A stretch of 64,000 nt of DNA from Rhodospirillaceae bacterium (GTDB lineage Bacteria > Pseudomonadota > Alphaproteobacteria > Rhodospirillales > Magnetospirillaceae): positions 20,273-84,272 of the forward strand of contig JAITNJ010000012.1 in assembly GCA_031290545.1 (NCBI GenBank), read 5' to 3'. A program made the position numbers and the translations under genes. The notes beneath the pieces were generated by a model. It did no database searches, was not told the DNA's origin, and saw only the letters and a list, made by a program, of their open reading frames with translations. Each line of letters opens with the position of its first letter. The stretch's first letter is position 1. Shown here piece after piece: positions 34,683-43,558 of this stretch.

Positions 34683-35804
34683 TTAACCATCTTCAAAATG
34701 AAAAAGAAAACTAAGACTAATCAAATTAATAATCACAGCTGGAAACCAAGCGACCATAACCACTGGTATGATAGTTGATTCACCTAATGCATAAACTAAC
34801 TTCGATAATAAATAAAAAATCAATCCAAAAATTATACAAGTAATCAACCTAATAAATAAACCACCAGATCCAAGATCTGGTTTCAAAGAAAAAACAGAAG
34901 CAAATAATGCCATACCAATCAGTAACAGTGGTGAAGATAATAAATTTTGAAAATAAATATTTTGTCGGTGTGCCGAAAATCCAGAGTTTTCAAAAAAATT
35001 AATAATTCCAGGAAATTCCCATAAAGAAATAGTATCTAAAGAAGAAAAAATATTATGAATATTTTTAAAAGTAAGCTTCGTTGTTAAATCATAAGTATGA
35101 ATCTTTTCTACAGCGCTACCTGGTTTCAAAAAACATACATTTGTCAAATGAAAAATACCATTATCAAGACTCCCAGATTTAGCTTCTATATCATATTTAA
35201 AATTTCCATTTGGATCTAATACATAAACACTGATTTCTTTTAGATTAAGACTACCATCTACTTTATTAAGATCTTCTTTACACACATCATTAATATGTAT
35301 AACTACTTGTTCATAATCGTGATTTTCACGCAACCATATGCCATTTTTATCAAAAAAAGCTCCTGTTTTTATATTATGTAGTTGCAACTGATCTTGCAAT
35401 TTCTCATAGAATTTATAGAATTTCGTTGCTAATGGATTAAATGCCGTTATATTTATAATACCGATTGTAATAACAGTAATTATTATAGGTGTTAAAATCT
35501 CCCACACAGAAACGCCTATTGTACGAATTATTATTAGTTCATTATTGCGATTCATTTTCCAGAATAACATTATAGTACCTATCATTACTGCAAATGGTAA
35601 AATCACTTGTACTATCTGTGGTAACTTAAACAACGCCATTTCAAGAATAGTTAAAAACTTAATATCAGTACGATGATTAGTTCGATGTATTAATTCAATA
35701 ATATCAAACATAAAGATCATGCCAATAATTACACCAACTACCAAGAAAATCGTCATGAAACAATAACGACTAATATAAAAACTAATATTTGAATAGAGTT
35801 TCAT
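34683..35804 (-). CDS. lptG: LPS export ABC transporter permease, LptF/LptG (YjgP/YjgQ) family
   Basis: 373 aa. It has three N-terminal transmembrane segments, a periplasmic beta-jellyroll-sized insert and three C-terminal transmembrane segments. ELIIIRTIGVSVWE is LptG-like. The LptG versus LptF assignment is tentative. Confidence 0.75.
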   Translation of the reverse strand: MKLYSNISFYISRYCFMTIFLVVGVIIGMIFMFDIIELIHRTNHRTDIKFLTILEMALFKLPQIVQVILPFAVMIGTIMLFWKMNRNNELIIIRTIGVSVWEILTPIIITVITIGIINITAFNPLATKFYKFYEKLQDQLQLHNIKTGAFFDKNGIWLRENHDYEQVVIHINDVCKEDLNKVDGSLNLKEISVYVLDPNGNFKYDIEAKSGSLDNGIFHLTNVCFLKPGSAVEKIHTYDLTTKLTFKNIHNIFSSLDTISLWEFPGIINFFENSGFSAHRQNIYFQNLLSSPLLLIGMALFASVFSLKPDLGSGGLFIRLITCIIFGLIFYLLSKLVYALGESTIIPVVMVAWFPAVIINLISLSFLFHFEDG

Positions 35805-35823
35805 AAATTTTCTTTACTTTTTT

Positions 35824-35838
35824 GTTACAAATTGTAAC
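35824..35838. promoter_or_regulatory. 15-bp palindrome GTTACAA-A-TTGTAAC flanked on both sides by T6, in the divergent lptG/etfB spacer
   Basis: Read directly as cTTTTTTGTTACAAATTGTAACTTTTTTg, 20-34 nt upstream of the lptG ATG. It could be an operator or a small hairpin, and its function is unknown. Confidence 0.2.
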
Positions 35839-36014
35839 TTTTTTGCATGATTGGAAATAAATAATTAAATTAATAATTTAAACAAATCATGATTATATAT
35901 CTTCATTAGTATAAATTATTATTTCATTTCTAACTTGTTTCTTAAATAAGAAAGAATCAAATTAAATTTAAAGTAAAAATTAATTAAAAATCAGTGTAAA
36001 ACTATAAAGTTTTT

Positions 36015-36761
36015 ATGAAGGTCTTAGTAGCTGTTAAACCTGTAATTGATTGCGACGTCAAATTTCTTATTAAAGAAGATAATTCTAGAATCAATTTCAA
36101 TAATTTAAAATTTATAATAAATCCATTCGATGAAAATGCTATTGAAGAAGCAGTTCGCCTTAAGGAAGCTGGTAAAGTTTCCGAAATTATAGTTGTTTCA
36201 ATAGGACCGTCTCAATCCAAAAATATAATTTTTACAGCATTAGCATTTGGAGCTGATCGAGGTATTTTTATAGTTAATGAAGACACCAAACTGCAACCAT
36301 TAGCAATTGCTAAATTACTAAAAATAATTGCTATAAGAGAGTTACCGGCAATGATCATTGCCGGTAAGCAATCAATAGACGATAATTTAGGTCAAACAGG
36401 ACAAATGTTATCCGCATTGTTAGGATGGTCGCAAGGAACTTTCGTTTCAAAATTAATTATTAATTCAACAAATGTTGAAGTTATCCGCGAAATTGATAAT
36501 GGATTAGAAACAATCGTTTTATCACTACCGACTGTTATTACTGTTGATCTACGTATCAACAAACCACGCTACGCTTCTTTGTCAAACATAATTAAAGCAA
36601 AAAAAAAGCCGATCGACATTCTCTCATCAATAGATCTTTGCAATGATATTTCTCCTCATCTTATCACTCTTAAGATCGAAGAATTGAAACGTCATAAATT
36701 TGGCATTAATTTAGCAAATGTGACTGAATTAATCGATAAATTGAAAATCAAAGTGATTTAA
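36015..36761 (+). CDS. etfB: Electron transfer flavoprotein beta subunit
   Basis: 248 aa with MKVLVAVKPVIDCDVKF...NPFDENAIEEAVRLKEAGKVSEIIVVSIGP and IIAGKQSIDDNLGQTGQMLSALLGW. Confidence 0.93.
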   Translation: MKVLVAVKPVIDCDVKFLIKEDNSRINFNNLKFIINPFDENAIEEAVRLKEAGKVSEIIVVSIGPSQSKNIIFTALAFGADRGIFIVNEDTKLQPLAIAKLLKIIAIRELPAMIIAGKQSIDDNLGQTGQMLSALLGWSQGTFVSKLIINSTNVEVIREIDNGLETIVLSLPTVITVDLRINKPRYASLSNIIKAKKKPIDILSSIDLCNDISPHLITLKIEELKRHKFGINLANVTELIDKLKIKVI

Positions 36762-36763
36762 TA

Positions 36764-37699
36764 ATGAGCGCATTAGTTATCGCTGAACATAACAACATTA
36801 CATTAGAGCCAACAACATTAAACACAATTACAGCAGCAAAACAATTAGATGAAGATATTCATATTTTGATAGCTGGTCACATGATTTATCAAATCGCTGA
36901 CATCGCCACTAAGATCGATAGTGTCACCAAAGTACTATTAGCTGATAATATAATTTATGCACATGGATTAGCTGAACCGCTATCTTCTCTAATTACAGAA
37001 ATAGGACACAATTATCATGCTATTCTAGCTTCAGCAACGACTCATAGTAAAAATGTGCTACCAAGAGTAGCTGCTTTATTTGATGTTGCACAAATTTCTG
37101 ATGTATCCAATATTATATCTAACGATACCTTCATACGTCAGATCTACACTGGCAAAGCCTTAGAAATTTTAAAAAGTAAAGATAATATCAAGATTATAAC
37201 TGTGCGTAGTTCTTCATTTAAAGAAGCTAAAAATACTGGTGGTCATGCCATCATAGAAACTGTATCTAATAAAAATTATTCGTTGTGTTCATCTTTCTTA
37301 AGTAGACAAATCAATAAATCAAGACGTCCAGAATTAATAACATCCAAAATCATTATTTCAGGTGGCCGTGGTATTGGATCGATAGAAAATTTTAAACTAT
37401 TAGAAGTAGTGGCCGACAAATTAGGCGCTGCTGTCGGTGCTACTCGTGCTGCTGTAGATTCAGGTTTCGCTACAACTGATATGCAAATAGGTCAGTCAGG
37501 AAAGATCGTCTCACCAGAACTCTATATCGCCGTTGCAATTTCAGGAGCCCCACAACATATAGCTGGAATAAGTGATAGCAAAATCATAGTTGCAATAAAC
37601 AAAGATAAAGACGCACCAATCATAAGTATTGCTGATTATTTCATTGTAGGTGACTTATATCAGATTTTGCCTGAACTTGTAACGGAATTAAATAAATAA
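36764..37699 (+). CDS. etfA: Electron transfer flavoprotein alpha subunit
   Basis: 311 aa with the C-terminal FAD-binding signature PELYIAVAISGAPQHIAGISDSKIIVAINKDKDAPI. Confidence 0.93.
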   Translation: MSALVIAEHNNITLEPTTLNTITAAKQLDEDIHILIAGHMIYQIADIATKIDSVTKVLLADNIIYAHGLAEPLSSLITEIGHNYHAILASATTHSKNVLPRVAALFDVAQISDVSNIISNDTFIRQIYTGKALEILKSKDNIKIITVRSSSFKEAKNTGGHAIIETVSNKNYSLCSSFLSRQINKSRRPELITSKIIISGGRGIGSIENFKLLEVVADKLGAAVGATRAAVDSGFATTDMQIGQSGKIVSPELYIAVAISGAPQHIAGISDSKIIVAINKDKDAPIISIADYFIVGDLYQILPELVTELNK

Positions 37700-37957
37700 T
37701 AAAAAATTTAATTGAAGATAATAATATAATTTTTTATAAGAAGTCCTTGCCAAAAAAAATTTATTGAGAAACACAATTAATAATTTTAATGATTATTCAT
37801 TTTCATAAAGTCACATATGATCGTTTGTAATAAAAATATAATTTAAATTTCAAAATGATTTATTTTATAAATAGACCTTTCTAAATTAATCAAATAGATT
37901 CAAATAGTGTGATTGCTAGTTTAATTGCAGGATACTTTCTTTATTAAATAGCTGGAG

Positions 37958-38626
37958 ATGTTCATGCAGAACTTAACTACTACTACCACAAAGAACTCCA
38001 TAAATTCTATTAAACTACCTGCTTATTTAGATTGGCTGCAAATGTTCTCTGGAGTAATTTTGATTTTATTTATGTGGGCTCACCTTTGTTTGGTATCAAG
38101 TGTTATTATTAGCCCATCTATAATGAATGCAATTGCTAATTTTTTTGAAGAAACAGGCCTTGTTTATGTTTGTGGACCAGGTATTTTATTAATATTATTT
38201 TTACATTTTATTCTTGCATCACGAAAGATTCCATGGACAACCAAGCAACAAACAGCTATGTGGGCAAATGCTAAACGTATGCACCATAAAGATACTTGGC
38301 TATGGATGATTCAAGTTGGAACTGCTATGGTAATTCTCATTATGGGCGCTACTCATATTTGGGTTGTGCTTACTGATTTACCAATCACTGCCACTAAAAG
38401 CGCTATGCGCATTCAGAGTGGAACATGGTTTGTTTTTTATTTGATTCTGCTACCACTAGTTGAGCTTCATGTTGGAATTGGATTCTATCGAATCATGATA
38501 AAGTGGGGATTTCTATCAAGAACAAATCGAAAAGGATTTCACGCTAAAGAAAATATTTTAACTATAATAATGATTACAATCGGTTTAATTACATTAATGC
38601 GATTTATGTTACTGCCTATTAATTAA
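37958..38626 (+). CDS. frdC: Succinate dehydrogenase/fumarate reductase dihaem cytochrome b membrane subunit (type B, FrdC/SdhC b558-like)
   Basis: 222 aa with about five hydrophobic segments. His42, His83, His133 and His171 are each embedded in a separate hydrophobic segment, and Glu169 lies two residues before His171. It is the first gene of a three-gene operon with a flavoprotein and an Fe-S subunit. The second ATG at 37964 has better spacing to GGAG (37954-37957). Confidence 0.8.
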   Translation: MFMQNLTTTTTKNSINSIKLPAYLDWLQMFSGVILILFMWAHLCLVSSVIISPSIMNAIANFFEETGLVYVCGPGILLILFLHFILASRKIPWTTKQQTAMWANAKRMHHKDTWLWMIQVGTAMVILIMGATHIWVVLTDLPITATKSAMRIQSGTWFVFYLILLPLVELHVGIGFYRIMIKWGFLSRTNRKGFHAKENILTIIMITIGLITLMRFMLLPIN

Positions 38627-38636
38627 GGAAACAATT

Positions 38637-40493
38637 ATGGAAATTTTCCAAACAGATCTCCTATGCATTGGAGCGGGACTAGCAGGAGAACGAGTTGCTA
38701 TTGAAGCCGCAGAGAATGGATTTTCTGTTATTTGTTTATCATTGGTTCCAGCAAGACGTTCTCATTCTTCTGCGGCACAGGGCGGAATGCAAGCAGCACT
38801 TGGTAATTCATTCATGAGCGAAAATGATAGCCCTGATATACATTTCAATGACACTGTAAAAGGATCAGACTGGGGTGCTGACCAAGAAGTAGTGCGTATA
38901 TTCGTCAATAATGCTCCTATTGCCATAAGACAAATGGCTTTCTTGGGTGTTCCATGGAGTAGAATATTATCTGGTAAACAAACGTATTATAAGGGCGGTA
39001 AACCTTTCATAATATTTGAAAAAAAAGAAAACGAAGGATTAATTCACTCTCGCTCATTTGGAGGAACTGCAAAATGGAGAACATGTTATACTTCGGATGG
39101 TACTGGCCATTCAGTACTATTTGCACTAGACAATCGAGTTGCTCAACTTGGCGTTGAGATACATGATAAAACCGAAGCAATTGCACTAATACACGACGGC
39201 AAAACTTGCCTTGGTGCTGTCGTTCGATGTCTTAAAACAGGTGAATTACGAGTTTATTTAGCACGTGCCATACTAATTGCTAGTGGTGGTTTTGGAAGAA
39301 TCTATCGAGCATCAACAAACGCTGTGATCAATGATGGTGGTGCTCATATAGCTGCCCTGAATACAGGTGTAGTTCCATTAGGAAATCCAGAAGCTATTCA
39401 ATTTCACCCAACAGGAATCGTTCCTACTGATATTTTAGTAACCGAGGGGTGCCGAGGTGATGGTGGTATTTTATTGGACGTAAATAAATATCGTTTTATG
39501 CCAGATTACGAACCAGATAAGGCTGAATTAGCTTCACGAGATGTTGTTTCACGACGAATGATCGAACATATACGCAATGGATTTGGTGTTAAAAGCGCTT
39601 ATGGGGACCATTTATGGCTCGACATTCGATGTCTTGGAGAACACCACATAAAAACAAATCTTCGTGAAGTAAAGGATATTTGTGAAAATTTTCTTGGTAT
39701 AGATCCAATTACACAGTTAATACCAGTGCGTCCAACTCAACATTATTGTATGGCTGGTATCAGAACCAATAAGGACGGTGCTGTTTATGGATTAAAGGGC
39801 TTATTTGCTGCAGGTGAAGCGGCTTGTTGGGATATGCATGGATTTAATCGTTTAGGTGGTAATTCATTATCTGAAACTATAGTTGCTGGTATGGTCGTTG
39901 GTATTAAAATCGTAGAGTTCTTACGTGGTGCTGATACAATCATTAAGATGAGTGTAGTTAATGATGCTTATGCTAAACAAAAAAGCAGAATCAAAGATAT
40001 AATCAATTGTTCCAATGGTCATGAAAACACTTTTGCTATTCTCGAAAAAGTACACGATGCATTAACAAATGGCGTTGGAATTTTTCGTAATGAAAAAAAT
40101 CTAGTAGAATCAATTGAATCATTAAAAGAAACATTATTTCTAGCGCGACATATCGGTCTTAAATCCAACGGTAGTGGAGCCAATCCAGAACTAGCATTAG
40201 CTCTAAAGATTGAGGGATCTGTTAAATTAGCTCTCTGTGTTGCACAGTCGGCATTAATGAGAACAGAATCTCGAGGATCACATACTCGTGAGGATTATCC
40301 AGATCGAAATGATCGTGACTGGTTAAATCGCACTTTAGCTACATGGACCAAAGAATACGATGACATGCCTACACTAACTTATGAAATCGCAACGCCGTCA
40401 TTTGAATTGCTACCTGGCGAGCGAGGTTATGGTTCTGGAAAGATTATTCCGATGAAAGTCATTCCTACGTCCAAATCATTAAACACTAATTGA
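38637..40493 (+). CDS. frdA: Succinate dehydrogenase/fumarate reductase flavoprotein subunit
   Basis: 618 aa with GAGLAGERVAIEAA (FAD dinucleotide fold), RRSHSSAAQGG (His43, the covalent FAD site), HPTG and RTESRGSHTREDYP. Confidence 0.95.
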   Translation: MEIFQTDLLCIGAGLAGERVAIEAAENGFSVICLSLVPARRSHSSAAQGGMQAALGNSFMSENDSPDIHFNDTVKGSDWGADQEVVRIFVNNAPIAIRQMAFLGVPWSRILSGKQTYYKGGKPFIIFEKKENEGLIHSRSFGGTAKWRTCYTSDGTGHSVLFALDNRVAQLGVEIHDKTEAIALIHDGKTCLGAVVRCLKTGELRVYLARAILIASGGFGRIYRASTNAVINDGGAHIAALNTGVVPLGNPEAIQFHPTGIVPTDILVTEGCRGDGGILLDVNKYRFMPDYEPDKAELASRDVVSRRMIEHIRNGFGVKSAYGDHLWLDIRCLGEHHIKTNLREVKDICENFLGIDPITQLIPVRPTQHYCMAGIRTNKDGAVYGLKGLFAAGEAACWDMHGFNRLGGNSLSETIVAGMVVGIKIVEFLRGADTIIKMSVVNDAYAKQKSRIKDIINCSNGHENTFAILEKVHDALTNGVGIFRNEKNLVESIESLKETLFLARHIGLKSNGSGANPELALALKIEGSVKLALCVAQSALMRTESRGSHTREDYPDRNDRDWLNRTLATWTKEYDDMPTLTYEIATPSFELLPGERGYGSGKIIPMKVIPTSKSLNTN

Positions 40494-40506
40494 TAAAAAT
40501 TCAATC

Positions 40507-41256
40507 ATGTCGAGAATATTAAAATTAAATATCTTTCGCTACAATCCAAAAGATTTGAATTCTAAACCACACATTGAAACTTTTATATTAAATGAGACAG
40601 AGTCGATGACACTCTTCATTGCGCTTAATAGAATAAGATCTGAGCAAGATCCTTCATTACAGTTCGATTTTTGTTGTCGTGCTGGTATTTGTGGAGCTTG
40701 TGCAATGATAATAAACGGTAGACCAGATCTAGCTTGCCGAACTAAAACTAAAGATTTACCAGATAATATCACTTTGTTACCGCTACCAATTTTCAAATTA
40801 ATTGCTGATTTATCTGTAGATACAGGTTCTTGGTTTCGTCAGATGTATCAAAAAGTTGAGTCATGGATTCACACAGATATGGTATTTGATTCAAATGCTC
40901 AAGAAGAACGAATGACTAATCATTTAGCTGAAAAAATTTATGAAGTAGATCGATGTATTGAATGTGGTTGTTGTGTTGCAGGATGTGGTACGGCGATCAT
41001 GCGTGAAAATTTCTTAGGCGCTGTATCACTAAATCGTTTAGCTCGTTTTATTTTAGATCCTCGCGATAAACGAACTACTAATGCTTATTTTGATTTGGTC
41101 GGAACAGATGAAGGAATCTTTGGTTGCATGGGCTTATTAGCCTGCGAAGATGTTTGTCCTAAACAAATTCCATTACAAGATCAATTAGGTAAATTACGTC
41201 GTAAACTAGCTTTAGCTGCAATAAATAACGTCTTGCCTAAATTTTTAAGAGGATAG
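40507..41256 (+). CDS. frdB: Succinate dehydrogenase/fumarate reductase iron-sulfur subunit
   Basis: 249 aa with CRAGICGACAMIINGRPDLAC (C-x4-C-x2-C-x11-C), CIECGCCVAGC (C-x2-C-x2-C-x3-C) and CMGLLACEDVCP (C-x5-C-x3-C-P). Confidence 0.95.
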   Translation: MSRILKLNIFRYNPKDLNSKPHIETFILNETESMTLFIALNRIRSEQDPSLQFDFCCRAGICGACAMIINGRPDLACRTKTKDLPDNITLLPLPIFKLIADLSVDTGSWFRQMYQKVESWIHTDMVFDSNAQEERMTNHLAEKIYEVDRCIECGCCVAGCGTAIMRENFLGAVSLNRLARFILDPRDKRTTNAYFDLVGTDEGIFGCMGLLACEDVCPKQIPLQDQLGKLRRKLALAAINNVLPKFLRG

Positions 41257-41440
41257 ATTAAATTTTCAGTAGCACTGATCAGATAAAATATTACATTCTA
41301 ATTAACATTAAATTAATTTTTAACAATCGCACATAAAATAAAGGTCTTTTAAGATCAATCTTTATATGTTTAATAAAGTGTAACTAATTTTAATAGTAAA
41401 TAATTTTACAAAATACTAGATTAACTTCTGATTTACTGTT

Positions 41441-42079
41441 ATGACTTATTTTATCAAAGAAATTTATTACACATTACAGGGAGAAGGTGCACATTCTGGC
41501 AGAGCAGCGGTGATATGCCGCTTTGCAGGCTGTAATCTATGGTCAGGATATGAAGATGATCGTTCAAAAGCTATATGTAATTTTTGCGACACCAATTTCG
41601 TCGATAACATTAGAAGATTTGCTAAAAATGAAGTGGACATTCTTGCTGATACAATCGCTACTCTATGGCCATGGAACACTATCGGTGGAAGTCCATATGT
41701 AATCTGTACTGGTGGTGAACCATTATTACAATTAGATAAACCTCTATGTGACGCACTACATGCTAATGGATTCGAAATTGGTGTTGAAACTAATGGTACC
41801 ATACTAATAAATAGCAAAATAGATATCGATTGGCTTTGTGTTAGTCCAAAAGCTAACACTACACTACTATTAATTTCAGGCAATGAATTAAAATTAATTT
41901 ATCCACAAAAGAACGCAATGCCAGAACTTTTCGTCGACTTATCTTTTACACATTTCTTTTTACAACCAATGGATGGGCCAGACCAAGCTATCAACATTCA
42001 GTCAACAACTACTTATTGTTTAAAACATCCTAAGTGGAAACTAAGTTTACAGTTACATAAGATTGTAGGTATTAGTTAG
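41441..42079 (+). CDS. queE: 7-carboxy-7-deazaguanine synthase (radical SAM QueE, CX14CX2C type)
   Basis: 212 aa. TLQGEGAHSGRAAVICRFAGCNLWSGYEDDRSKAICNFCDTNF has exactly 14 residues between the first two cluster Cys, then CxxC. Confidence 0.88.
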   Translation: MTYFIKEIYYTLQGEGAHSGRAAVICRFAGCNLWSGYEDDRSKAICNFCDTNFVDNIRRFAKNEVDILADTIATLWPWNTIGGSPYVICTGGEPLLQLDKPLCDALHANGFEIGVETNGTILINSKIDIDWLCVSPKANTTLLLISGNELKLIYPQKNAMPELFVDLSFTHFFLQPMDGPDQAINIQSTTTYCLKHPKWKLSLQLHKIVGIS

Positions 42080-42093
42080 GGTTAAATTCACAA

Positions 42094-42624
42094 ATGACTT
42101 TCTTTACTGTAACAAGACAAATCACAATAGATGCCGGACATAGAGTGATGACTCACGATTCAAAATGTCGTCATCTACACGGGCACAGCTATCGCATTGA
42201 AATGACTTGTTGTTCCAAATATCTACAAACTGTAGGTAAACAATCTGCCATGGTATTAGATTTCAGTTTTCTTAAAGAAGCAATGTTAACTGAAATAAAT
42301 GTCCCCTGTGATCATGGCTTTCTTGCTTATTTTAAAGATTTTGAACTATTACATATGTTCTGTCATAAAAATATTAATATAAAAGAATGGATCTCAACAA
42401 TTGAACATGCAATCAATCAAGATGGTTATTACCTAACATCAGAAACACAAATGAAAACCAAGCTTTATGTAATGAATGTCAACCCAACTGCCGAACAATT
42501 ATGTCGCCATTGGTTTGAAAGACTAGCTCCAATAGTAAAATCTAAAAGTAATAGTTTGGCCTATCTTAAGAAAATAGTTGTTTGGGAAACACAAAATTGC
42601 AGAGCAACATATCACTCTTCTTGA
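42094..42624 (+). CDS. queD: 6-carboxy-5,6,7,8-tetrahydropterin synthase (QueD/PTPS family)
   Basis: 176 aa with DAGHRVMTHDSKCRHLHGHSY (Zn His and catalytic Cys), PCDHGFL and VVWETQNCRATY. It is longer than the roughly 120-aa classical QueD. Confidence 0.82.
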   Translation: MTFFTVTRQITIDAGHRVMTHDSKCRHLHGHSYRIEMTCCSKYLQTVGKQSAMVLDFSFLKEAMLTEINVPCDHGFLAYFKDFELLHMFCHKNINIKEWISTIEHAINQDGYYLTSETQMKTKLYVMNVNPTAEQLCRHWFERLAPIVKSKSNSLAYLKKIVVWETQNCRATYHSS

Positions 42625-42682
42625 TTATATTATCAAATCCGTTCAATATTTATTTCGATCAATTACATTTTAACAAACAGTG

Positions 42683-43558
42683 TCATGACCAACGTTTATG
42701 CAACCACAGCCAATGATCAGGATATTCACGAATCCAACTTTCAATAATACTGTTAATTAGAGTCATTGCGCTCTTAATATCAGCATTATGATCACTAGTA
42801 TTTTCAAAAAATATTGGAGAGTCAAATATAATACGAAAATGAGCACCATCAAGCCGTACAACATGTACTGGAACTACAGGACATTTGTATTTTAAAGCAA
42901 AAACAGCTAATGCAGGTGCTGTGTTTGATTCAATGCCGAAGAATGGAACACTAATTCCATTATTCATTTTTTGATCTACGATCATACCGATATGTTCACC
43001 GCGATTAAGTTTTTCTATTACTTTTTTAGCTCCGGAAATACCCTTAGGAATCATTTCAGTTTTATCATTAGAACTACGATACATAAAGATCCAATTGGTA
43101 TAAGGATTTGTTGCTGCACGATAAACTAAATGTAAATTTATACCGTGATGTACAACACATGGTCCTATAATCTCCCAATTTCCAAAGTGTCCGCTAAAAA
43201 ACAATCCTGGCAATCCATCATTACGTAACTTTACAATATTTTCTATTCCACAAACCTCTACGCGACTACCAAAACCATAGGTCATTTTGTGAATATGAGG
43301 ATATTCACCGATTATACGTCCAATATTGTTCCACATCAAAACAATTACAGCTTCACATTCACTATTAGACCAATTTGGAAAAATACGATTCAAATTTTCC
43401 CGTGCGTAGTTCGTAACTAGCAAATGAGGACAGATAGTCCGACAGATCCATCCACTTATAGACGAAGCAATATCAATTGGCAAAATCGCAAAAATATTAA
43501 AAACGATACGAGCAATTATATTCTCGGATCGAAATTTGAATTCTCTAAAATTGATCAT
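42683..43558 (-). CDS. Lipid A biosynthesis late acyltransferase (LpxL/HtrB family)
   Basis: 291 aa with an N-terminal membrane anchor and the SGHFGNWE (HX4E) acyltransferase motif. Its ATG overlaps the lpxK TGA (ATGA). Confidence 0.78.
   Translation of the reverse strand: MINFREFKFRSENIIARIVFNIFAILPIDIASSISGWICRTICPHLLVTNYARENLNRIFPNWSNSECEAVIVLMWNNIGRIIGEYPHIHKMTYGFGSRVEVCGIENIVKLRNDGLPGLFFSGHFGNWEIIGPCVVHHGINLHLVYRAATNPYTNWIFMYRSSNDKTEMIPKGISGAKKVIEKLNRGEHIGMIVDQKMNNGISVPFFGIESNTAPALAVFALKYKCPVVPVHVVRLDGAHFRIIFDSPIFFENTSDHNADIKSAMTLINSIIESWIREYPDHWLWLHKRWS

Noticed and set aside
41257-41440. Possible preQ1 riboswitch upstream of queE (an A-rich tail ...acaaaatactag resembles AAAAAACUA)
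   Set aside because: There is no preceding G/C-containing P1 hairpin (the GGUUC/CCC type) and the match is limited to a generic A-rich string. cmsearch with RF00522, RF01054 and RF02680 would be decisive.
41467-41883. 138-aa ORF on the - strand
   Set aside because: It is antisense to queE, whose radical-SAM motif is unambiguous. No motifs are present, so this is a shadow ORF.
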